Source: Oikopleura dioica (Eukaryota; Animalia; Chordata). Taken from it: 64,000 nucleotides of DNA. Below the pieces are notes generated by a model. It saw only the letters and a program-made list of their open reading frames with translations. It did no database searches and was not told where the DNA came from. The DNA is taken from positions 3,658,001-3,722,000 of the forward strand of contig OU015568.1 in the NCBI GenBank assembly GCA_907165135.1, read 5' to 3'. Shown one piece after another: positions 37,106 through 47,442 of this stretch; position 1 is the first letter of the stretch; each line of letters starts with the position of its first letter. Position numbers and translations under genes: made by a program.

Positions 37106-39596
37106 ATGGGGAACGCAAATTGTAAGAGCTGCAGATCAGATACTGTGAGAGAACCAGAGACAATCAGGAAAGGCTATTCTTGGGTCGATGATTTTTTGAT
37201 AAAAGAAAATGAGGCAAAAAATATAGCCTTTTTTAAGACAGGCTCCTGTAAAGTTGCCGGCAAAAGAAACACATGATCTTCATCAACATGAAAATAATGT
37301 TGATTCAGGAATGATAAAAATCAAACCTATAGAAATTATTAATGAAAAAAAACGAATTATTTTTATTTCAATCAGGCACTTCTTCCGCCTCAATAATCGA
37401 AGAATTGCCTCCGACCCAGAAAACAGAGGAGCCCGAAGAGCCTATCGGGGAAACTGGTAGCTTTGTGATGAGGAAAGAAAACATCGTTCCTGATGTTGAG
37501 TCAGAGGCAGAAAGCATAATTGAGGATGTAGCTGATGTTCCTGTTGGAATTCCAGAAGCCGATATCGTCGAAGAAGCTCCAGTTGAGGTTGAAGAAGCTG
37601 TTGAAGCAGGTGTTGAAGAGGTCGATGTTGTTCCAGAAGAAGTTGAAGTTATTTCCGTAAAGGAAGCTGAAATTGAAGAAGTTGTCACCGAAGATGTCGA
37701 CGTCGTTGTCGAAGAAGTTGAGATTGAGAAAGTTGTGGAAGATGAGGTTGAAGTTGATGAGGTACCTGTTGCTGAGCCAATCATTGAAAATATCACAGCT
37801 GTTGAAGAACAAGATAAAGCTCAGGAAGTTACGGAAACACCAGCTGAAGTCGAAGTTTTGGATGCAAAAATAGAGTCTGAAATGGAAGAAATAAATGAAG
37901 CTGTTACCGAAGCTATAGAAACTCCAATTACCGATGACATTGCTCCTGCAGTTGAAGAAAAAATAGAAGAAGACGTTCCTGAGGAGCCCGCTGAAATAAA
38001 GATCGATGAGACTCCGATTGAAGATGTTGCTACTGCTGTTGAAGATACAGTTGTTGAATCTGCTGTTGAATCCGCTCCAAAAGATGAAACAGTTGATGAT
38101 CTTGTTGAAGCTCCAATTGTTGAAGCAACGACTGAGGACGTGATCGAAAAAGCTCCAGCTGATGTAGCTTCAATCGTAGAAACACCAGTTGTATCTATCG
38201 AGCCCGAGTCACTTGAAGATCAAGTCGAAAAAATCGCTGAAGAAGCAGCGACTGATGAAATCTTAATTGAGTCTGCGGCAGAAGAAACCCCAGTTGAAGC
38301 TCCTGCTGAGGAAAGCATAAAAGAAGAGCAAGCTGTTCTCCCATCCGCCAGTGAAGCCCTCACTGATCATATTGAGCCTGCTCCAGTTGAAACTTCAATC
38401 GAAGAATATGCTGAAGACGTCCAAATCGATGAACCCATAGTTGAATCTCCAGAGCCAGAAATCGCAGCTGAAGAAATCAAAGTCGAGGAAGCCCTCGAAG
38501 ACGTTGTTGAAGAGGTCGTTGTTGAAGAAGAGATAAACGAAGACCCGATTGAACCTTCAGTCGAAGAAATATCAGTTGAATCTCCAGCTGAAGCATCCCC
38601 AGTTGAAGAAGCGAAGAAAGGCGAAATCGAAAGTGAAGAGGTAGTTGTTGAAGAAGAGAAAAATGAAGACCAGGTTGAAACTTCAGTCGAAGAATCACCA
38701 GAAGAATCTGTAGCTGAAACAACCCCAGTTGAAGAAGCGAAGAAAGACGAAATCATAATTGAAGAGGAAGCTGAGCTCGCTGCACCTCCAGCTGCTCCGA
38801 CGGACATCGCCTCAATTGAAGAAACTTTGCCTGAATCACCTGAAATCGAAACAAAAGCATCTCCAGTCGAAGATATCGAAGTAATTGAAGAAGACGTTGC
38901 AGAGGAATCTGTAAAAACTGAAAATGATTTATCCGAAAAAGATGAAACAAAAGAAGAGGTTCCAGAACCAGCCGATGTTCTCGAAGAGAAACAGGAAACT
39001 AGCATCAAGTCTGATGAAAGTGACCATGAAACTGATGAAGACAAGAAGAGTGAAGAGTCACCCGAAATTGAAGTTTCGAAAGAAATTGACGAAATACCTG
39101 ACGAACCAGCGATCGAAATTCCTCTAGAGCAAGATAAGATAGAAGAGGAGTTGGAGGGAAAACCTGACGAAAGCCATCATGGAACCGAGTTAGATGAAAA
39201 TCCTCCAAGCCCTGTCGTATCAGAACAAGACGAAAAAGAAGTCAAAGAAACTGAAACAAATGTTCTGGAGGTAAAAAACACTCGAACCTCGATTAATTAA
39301 AAAAAATATAGGTTGAAAAGCTAGCTGAAAAAATTGAAGAGGTCGAAGCAGAGAATTCCGCTGTTGAAATTGTCGAGGAAGTACCAGTCGTTGCAGAGTC
39401 TCCTCTTCCAGAAACAGGCGATCCTGAAGTCGAGCCTGAGGTCGAAATTTCTCCAGAAGAAAAGCCCGCTGTTGAACCCGCTCCTGCTGAACCTGCTCCT
39501 GAAATCAAGGAAGAGTCATCGGCTTATGAAGACAACCAAGACGACCTTGGAATCCCTCCATCTGATAATGACATAACATCCTCAGACATCTACTAA
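37106..39596 (+). CDS. Highly acidic (Glu/Val/Pro/Ala-rich) intrinsically disordered protein, possible N-myristoylation/palmitoylation
   Basis: 652-aa low-complexity ORF plus short upstream exons (MGNANCKSC...) and a final exon 39313-39596. GA-AG intron at 37309-37375. Confidence 0.8.
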
Positions 39597-40303
39597 ATCA
39601 GTCAACCTAACAACTCAAAAATCAATCTTGTGCAAATAAACATGTAATTAAAAAACTAAAAATAATGGTTATTGTTTTGTTATTATAAGATTTTATTTAT
39701 GTACAGAAAAGTTTTCGTAGATGTCTTTCAGACAGCGAGGTGACATTCTTCGCTTTTATGTCTTCTTCATTTTTTCTTGCGTGGGTTAATATGCATTGGG
39801 TCCTGTTTTTTGCATGTTAAAAAGCTTCGTTGGGATCGTTGATAATTTTCTAGTGTTGACTTGGCATCATCTCAAAATTCACATTCTTCTTGACTCCGTT
39901 ATATTACCCGTCTCCCTTTTTTAATTAATTTAAATTACGCCCTACATTTGAAAAAGAATTTTTCTTGCATCCTGAAAAATAGCATTTAAAAAATTTCTCA
40001 ACTGCTGAAAAATTGATTTTCGGCCAATCAAAAAGGCAAAATTGCAATCTCAAAAAAGCGCTTGGGAAGAATCGAGGGAGATCAAATTTTGATGATGAAT
40101 GCGCTCGATGAAATATTTACAGTTGAGTTGAATTGGATAATTTACAGTCGGTCGTTGACTAAGCAGGATGGAAAGAATTGTAAAAGATTTGGGCTTTGTA
40201 AAAATTGTTATAAGGAGATTTAGAGTGTGCCAGCGGCTTTTCTTGCTTTTCGCTCGAACCTTGAATTTGGTATCATTAGTGAAATGACTCCCTTATTTTT
40301 CAT

Positions 40304-40916
40304 TTAATACCATTTGGACCAGTCGGACGGAAGTGGTCTGGCCTCCATTTTGTGAAATCGTTGGTAGCTGTTTTCCAAAAGAAATCGCCACTTGGTCATT
40401 CGCAGGCTAGGTGATTGCCGGATGCAAATATTTTCAAAAGAGACATGGAATTACCTGACTCGCGCGACATTGGAGTAAGAATTTCGATGCTTGGACTTGC
40501 ACTGGGGAAGATAAGCTAGAAAAAATAAACATGAAAAGATTGAACTTGATAATTAAAAAAAGGATTAGTTTTTGCCGTCGTTTTGAGACCCTTAAACTGC
40601 AGAATCAAAGTTGAAGCTTCAAACTTTTTTTTTTGCGAAAATTCTTGAAGGCGATTACGAGAAAAGTATATCTCTGAAACTCGCTCTGGAATTTCCTCCG
40701 GAATCTCATCAGTGGTGAGAATGGAATTTTTCAGCAATAATTCCTCTTGTCTTATTTTAGAAAACGAGCACTTACCATCGACCCATTTGGCGATTGAGGC
40801 GCAAAGTTGGCTGATTCCTTTGAGTGGATCATCTTTGTTGAATCGAGGCGTGATTCCTGTTGATACAGTTTCTTCTTCGGGGTCTTCGTACAAAAGGTCG
40901 TACAGTTCTTCTTCGG
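40304..40916 (-). CDS. Uncharacterised protein with helix-Trp-Cys-helix motif (5' end unresolved)
   Basis: Splicing GT-AG introns gives an uninterrupted PLKGISQLCASIAKWVDAYLPQCKSKHRNSYSNVARVSLRMTKWRFLLENSY...SKWY*. Confidence 0.6.
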
Positions 40917-41194
40917 CTAAAGAAAAAAAAAATGTTGATTGTAAAATTTTTGAATGAACAAAAACGTATGTGTTTGGCCAAGCGGACTTTTGGTTTGAAA
41001 TTTAGACAAGCGGGAATGAGATAAAGCCGAAAGAGAGGGTCGCCTTCGCGCTCGTGATAACAGACGATTTATTTGACAAATGGAACGGATAACACGTTCT
41101 TATATCTTCCAGTCGGCGAATCAATTGTTAGAAATAAGACGATTAGTAATTGGATCATCAGGGTTCGCTAGGGAAATCTGAATTAACTGACTAA

Positions 41195-41596
41195 AAAAAT
41201 TTTTGGAAATGAATTTTTTGAAATCCAATAAGATTGCTGTATTTGGCCTACCGGCCAATCAAAACCATTTGCATAAAAATCTGTTCCAAAAATTGGTTCT
41301 GCCCGAATCAACATACCTAAATGGGACTAAACCAATTTATGGAAGTGCATTTTTGAATAACCAATAAGATTGCTATATTTTCCTGCCAATCAAAACCCTG
41401 CCAATCAAAACCCTGATCCGTTAAATCACTTCCATAAATTGGTTTAACCCCCAAAATGGTACTCACATTGTATCTTTTGAAAACTCGGGTTAAACAAATT
41501 TATGGAAGTAATTTTATTGATCAGGGTTTTGATTGGCCAGAAGGCCAAATAAAGCAATCTTACTGGTTATCCAAAAATGTACTTCCATAAATTGGT
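41195..41596. mobile_element. Cluster of three ~105-115 bp mini-MITEs (third copy inverted)
   Basis: Units at 41195-41297, 41331-41443 and 41494-41596 are bounded by ACCAATTTATGGAAGT / ACTTCCATAAATTGGT-type inverted repeats. They share the core CCAATAAGATTGCT...GCCAATCAAAAC. Confidence 0.8.
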
Positions 41597-42138
41597 CAAG
41601 CCCGAAAACTCTGGGAAAAGGAGTCTATACTGTATTGAATATTTTTTTTGACTTACTGTAACGACTGTCAGCACTTCTTCGTTTTCTTCCTCCTTCTGGT
41701 GGGGTTCCGCATCTGAAAGAAAAACTTACTCCCTGGTTTTCGGAGAAACATGACAAGAAATTTGACAAACAGAAGCAGCAATTAAAAACTAAGGGATAAA
41801 AACGCATCCCTTTCATTAAAACCCTCAGCTCGGTTCAGTTCTTGTAGGTGTTATGTTTTTGTGGGGTGGATGCTTATCAAGGACTTGTACGGTGATAGCG
41901 GTGGGCTGCGAAAATAGTTCGGCGGATGCCACGTGCCAGAGAATTTTCTTTTCTTTACGAGCACAAAATCGAGGCAACCGCCATCTATAAATATTGAACA
42001 TATGTGGAGGGCGGCTTTGATTGAAAATGTTCATTTTTCAGCATCGTGAGTTTTTTTTCACAAATTCAAAAAAGCTGACGGGGGTGGTTTGTCAATAATT
42101 AACATATTTTGACAAGTAAGAATTAATCAATTTCCGGC

Positions 42139-42396
42139 TTACTTTTGGTATCTGTCCTGGAGTCTCTCAATCGTTCTGTCAATTCTCTGTTCCCAATTTC
42201 CTTCGGGCTTGTCCACAGCTGGCAAGCACTTTCCCTCAGCATTGCAGAGATTTTCACGAGTCCACTGGGCAATCTTGTCGCCAATAGCCCGGATTTTTCG
42301 ATCGGGTTGGTTTGTTCGAGGATCAAGACTCGAGCTCTCTTGAGCAGTGGAAATGCTCGAAGGGGCAATGATTGCTGCGATGGAAATGAGCTTCAT
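42139..42396 (-). CDS. Small putative secreted protein (85 aa)
   Basis: Hydrophobic N-terminus MKLISIAAIIAPS. Helical body KIRAIGDKIAQWTRENLC...C...WEQRIDRTIERL. Confidence 0.6.
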   Translation of the reverse strand: MKLISIAAIIAPSSISTAQESSSLDPRTNQPDRKIRAIGDKIAQWTRENLCNAEGKCLPAVDKPEGNWEQRIDRTIERLQDRYQK

Positions 42397-42725
42397 CTTT
42401 TAGTGAAGTTTCTTGGGTTCGCGGTTTGAAGATTTTTTCTCTCAGAAGGAGGAAGACTAAATAACTTTAGCGATTGAATTTATTGAAGAATCTATATTGG
42501 TCGCTTTAAGATTATTTGTTATCTATCAATAGTCATACTTTGGATTGACATTATTCAAAAAAAATAACGACAAAAATGAGATTTGTTTTAAAACAAATTT
42601 TGATGGAATAACCATTAAGTTTCTAATGTTTATATTTATTTGGTTTTTCTTTTATAAATGACGGTTGAAAATTTTCTAAAAATACTATCTAAGAAATTGA
42701 TAACAAGATTGGTGAATTACTCACT

Positions 42726-43327
42726 GACGCGCTTTTTTTAAGGTTACTGTATTTATTTCTCCCACTTACTCCTTTGAAGACCCAGATCACTACATATATT
42801 TTGAATCAGCAGAAAATATCTAGAAACGTGACCGTACCCGATTCTAAAAAATCACTTCCGTTTACGATTCTAGAGCCGGAAATGTAAAAATCATGAACGA
42901 ACGGTACCCATAGAACCCATAGTCTATGGCTTGTGATAAAATAAAGGCTAGATGACCTCTCTGTCGATGCTAAGGCGAGTGAGTCCTGTTTTTTTGTGAT
43001 GACGCAACTTCCGATTTTCAAATTTTATAAATTCCCGCCTCTAGAATCGATTATAAAGAGCTTATCTAGCCTTTATTTTATCACAGGCAACTCAAAAATG
43101 ACACAAGATTCAATTTGATATGCCATTGTCTAGGGGTTCTTTGGGTACCGTTCGTTTATGATTTTTACATTTCCGGCTCTAGAATCGTAAACGAAAGTGA
43201 TTTTTGAGAATCGGTTACGGTCAAGTTTCTAGATATTATCTGCTGATTCAAAATATATATAGTGATCTGGGTCTTCAAAGTAGTAAGTGGGAGAAATAAA
43301 TACAGTAACCTTAAAAAAAGCGCGTCC
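42726..43327. mobile_element. Foldback element (~600 bp, ~230-bp inverted arms)
   Basis: 42726-42958 (GACGCGCTTTTTTTAAGGTTACTGTATTT...GGCTAGAT) is the near-exact reverse complement of ~43060-43327, apart from a ~35-bp indel. Termini are degenerate. Confidence 0.88.
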
Positions 43328-45157
43328 ACTGTTATCTTGATCTTATTTTCGATTAAGATTTCACTTCAAAAATTTTGCTTTTTTTTTATTGTTTTACCTG
43401 ATTCTTTCGTCTAATTTTCTTGCTTTTTCTGCACCAACGGAGTTATTCCCGTCTCTAGCCTAAGTCGATCTTGACTGAGTCGAGAAATATTCTTTCAAAG
43501 TAGTATTCGTCGTCGTCGCACTTGATGGAACTGTAGCGAGGGCGCTCACGAGTCGAAAAAATCGTGAAAACGCACTTCGGAATTACGGGCGCGCGTATTC
43601 TAGCGCCCTCTCGTTCGCGCTCGACTTTTTTCGACCGGTCGAGCTCAGGCTAAAAAAGCTAGCGTGGAATAAAGCTCTGACCTGATACTGTCTCTGATGA
43701 ATGAGATATTGAATTGATTCGGATTAACTTCTTCTTTTCTTCATGTCCAGAGCCTGACTAAACTAACATACTTCCATCAATACGTTTTGAAGAGGAAAAA
43801 TTCAAACTTTCATATAATTTACTTTAGTTAATGTGTCTAAGATTATTTCTAGAGAATTTCTTAAAGGACAACGGAACCCCTTGATCGTTCAATCAATGGC
43901 TAAAACGAAGTAAGAATCTTCAAAAACTTTGATGAATAATGTGGTACTGTTTAAAAACTCTTTTTTTATAACATCAAAAATAAGCCTTTTGGAGCCTTTA
44001 TAAGCCTTGTGCACTGAACAATAATTTTACCCAAAAAAAACGTGCGAATTCTGATTCGTCGCTTTATAGAAGTGGTTCGAAATTGCGATAAATTAAAGTA
44101 TTTCTTTCTTATACAGTTTCGTTGATTCATTATGATTTCAAAGATGAACTTCTAAGTCAAACTTCTTCTATATTGAAAAATGAAGATAAAAGTCAAGGAA
44201 GTCTTTTCGACTGAGCCCCGTTTATCTAGTTTTGGGAGAGTGAAGATGTAAATCTGTCTAGAATCCTATCCGGCATCTGTTGCGCATGGTTTTGCGCGAC
44301 CTTTATGCAGCGAGCGGCCCCAACGTGCGATCATACTCTTATCGCATCAACTTTTCGTGAAATTTATGCGTGATTAGATTTGCTTCTTTCGAGAGGATTT
44401 AGAAAAATTCATGAGATAAAGAATAAAAAAATAAACACTTCTTTTTATCAAAAAAAAATTATCTTTTCTTTAAAAAAATTTTTTTATCAAAAAAAAATTA
44501 AAAGGTTAACTCTTGATCAACCGGTATTTGTTCCGGTCAAGATCGCAAAATCGTAAAAATGAAAATGGAAATCGGTTTAACCTCTAGCTGGACGTGGCTT
44601 GAAATCGCAGGTCGTGAGTGTGACACCGCCCTGTCGAAAATGGACCCTGTGGATTATATTCAAATGATACCAAATCATGTATAATTCAGGATCCCTGCCA
44701 AGCTCAAACCTTCCAGTTGCGTCATCCCTTTGATTTTCGACAGCCGTGGCGACCTTCTTTTTCGTTTTCTTCAAGAGGTCAAAAAATTGCTAAATAAGAT
44801 CATTTTTTCTCCGACTTTTCTTTATTTTGGCAAGGCGATAAAACTCTTCGAGATAATCGAGGGTTTCTGAAAACGGAACTTGAGCTGAGTGCCCCCGATT
44901 CAATGTCGAATTCTTCCGTCCACCTAAATTTTCTGTTTTTGTCATGAGTGATCATTGATGACCGATTAGTTGAGGTTTCTTAGGTTTTTTTTGTTCAAGA
45001 AAAAGATATCTTATTTCGGATCATTCAAATTTCAAGTTGCAATTTGAGAAATGGATTCTTGTTTTTATTTTTTGCAGAATTATTTGATCAAAAACAAGGT
45101 AATGACAGAGGAAAAATGGAATCAAATTGTTTCATTTTTTAAATAATTCGGCATTAA

Positions 45158-45260
45158 ACCAATTTTTGGAAGTGAGTTCATGGATAAGAGTTTTGATTGG
45201 CCGGTAGGCCAAATACAGCAATCTTATTGGCCATCCGAAAATGCACTTCCATTAATTAGT
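45158..45260. mobile_element. Fourth copy of the ~105-bp mini-MITE family
   Basis: TTTTGATTGGCCGGTAGGCCAAATACAGCAATCTTATTGG is the exact reverse complement of the core at ~41228-41267, with the same terminal inverted repeats. Confidence 0.85.
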
Positions 45261-46853
45261 AAAATTTTAATGCAACACCGTTTATAAAGTTCTTCTACAT
45301 TTAGCGCCCTCTTCCGGAACATCTGGCCTTTTTGATAGTTATCTACTTAGAATTTCAAATGCAGTAGATATTCATCTTGAATTTTAAGGTCTTCCTGTCG
45401 ATAAGATTCCTACCCCTTTTCCCTTTTCGACTTTTTTCTCCTTTTTTGACCAAAAAAGCAGATAATTGGCTCTGAAAGATCCCCTTATTTTGCATAACGT
45501 GGTGGAGGCTAAACTGTTTGTACAATAGTAGTGTTAGCTGGTTTGGTAGTTGTGGCCAAGGTGAGCGGTTAACCCTCGAATATTTATCGAATTAGCTTTT
45601 TGTAACTCAGAGTTATCGCTAAAAAGCTTATACAAAATATCCCTTACAAGAGGAAAAAATGCCACGTTTACTGGCTTCATGAGCTGATAGCTGATAAGTT
45701 ATCATTCCGATCAGGATTACTCATCCCCACTTACCGGGGGTTCCATTTTCTCTAAAAACAATTTCCCGCCTGTTAGAGCTTTATTTTTATCTGTATCCTA
45801 AAATGATGATTTGGGAAGTCATTTCAAGTCAATTATACAGCTTTTTCTTGGTAAGCAAAGTCCCCCCTTTTCAATATGCAGCCACGTGTTAAAAAGCCAA
45901 AGCAAATTTATTCAACGGAAAATATTTTTCAGGCCAAAGTTATTTACGCTCGGGCGGATTCCTTCTTAGGCTGGCCCACTCGAAAGTATGGACCACGGGT
46001 AGGGCTTTACTATTCCCACGTGCGAAGGAATTTATGAAAAAGACGAAATACCAAATGAAAAAAAAATATCACAAGTGACGGACGAAATAACAGCAAAACG
46101 ATATTGCACAGCCCAAGAAACTGGAAACAGAAAAATATCCATGAAAATGACGATTTCAAAGAGGTATTTTTTCGTTAAATTGGGTCAAAAAGGTCTTCTT
46201 GATTAATCAGAATTGATTTTGATTTTGAGAAAGTGATCATTTTTCCCGATTTTGAGTAATCTATTGAGCAGCTCGTATTTTCTATAAAATCAAGTTTTAC
46301 AATTTTGATTACACAAGAATCCGACGTGAGAACGAATTAACACTAACACACCCGTTTTCGTATTTTGATCTAAGCCAGCGAAGTGACCTCCAAAATAAAC
46401 ATGTTACCGCTTTGTGGAGCAGCTTTTTTCGCTGAAATTACTATTTTCTGAAAAATGTGGCCACTTGAGAAAAGATGCAATCGAGCGGCTTCTATTTTCT
46501 CAACGCGCTGGACGGCGAAACCGTTTCTGCTGAACAAAACGCTACTTTGGTGCGACTCTTCTTCTTAATTCTTTACTGCAGGTAACATCTATAAGGGCAT
46601 GTTACTCAAAAATACTAAAGCTGATTCTTCTAGAAAACCAAATAAAACTCTAATCAAAGAAAGTCGTTTTTTAAATTCGCTTTCCAGATTCCAGATAAGG
46701 TTTCGAGATTCGCGAAAAAGGGAAAATGGGGGCACGCTCATCTTCTAATCTAACCCTTCAATTTACTAATTTATTCTGTAAGAAGCGAAACTTGCCACAA
46801 TTTTTCCACAGAGAGTTTTTATGGATAAATTTTCTAAAGCACGATATTTTTAG

Positions 46854-47442
46854 ATGATTCTCAACGTACCCGCGTTACAGATCCTCAGCTCTGCAGAAAA
46901 TGAGTCAAATGCTCAAACTTTGTATGAATTTGGAACTGCCGTTTTGGGATTCGGTCATTTCGTTTGGGATGATCGTGCGCCCAATTTTGGTGGAGTGCGA
47001 ATGACGATGGAGGACGCAGATCTGCGGCTCGTTCTTCTCTATTTGTCGAGCGGTTGGAAGAAAGTCAATATGAAGGTAAGGGTTCTATCCCCTTCGGTTT
47101 TTAGTGAAAAAAAAAATACTTTTAGTTCTTGTTTTCTCAAAACTGGGAGATCGAGGAAGCTGGATGGAAGCTCCAATTCAAAAATTCTCGGGATAATGGA
47201 GGAGTAGATGCCCCTTACTATCTCTGGTTGTCGAATCAAGGTAATTTGAAACTACTTGCGAACGTTTAAAACTCGGTTCAGATGGAGGAGTTCCATTCAA
47301 GGCGGTGGTGGAGCGAATTCATCCCTTCAATGGAAGTATCATCAATCGACAGGAGCTTACCAGCGAAGCGGATGGAGAGCGACAAATGATGAAGTGCGAA
47401 GGTGGACTCGGTACTTTCATCCGCTTCAATATTGATAAATAA
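46854..47442 (+). CDS. Uncharacterised 3-exon gene (165 aa if complete), only partly visible in the ORF track
   Basis: Exons 46854-47075, 47126-47240 and 47282-47442 are joined by GT-AG introns in consistent phase (0, then 1). The frame stays open to TAA, which is followed by AATAAA. Confidence 0.7.

Noticed and set aside
37368-39044. Long Ser/Thr-rich minus-strand ORFs
   Set aside because: Antisense shadows of GAA/GAG/GTT-rich codons in the Glu-rich gene.
44577-44774. 65-aa minus-strand ORF
   Set aside because: No recognisable motif and no consistent splice partners.
45716-45730. ACTCATCCC resembling, from memory, the start of the Oikopleura spliced leader
   Set aside because: Only 9 nt match, with no following leader sequence, donor or Sm site.
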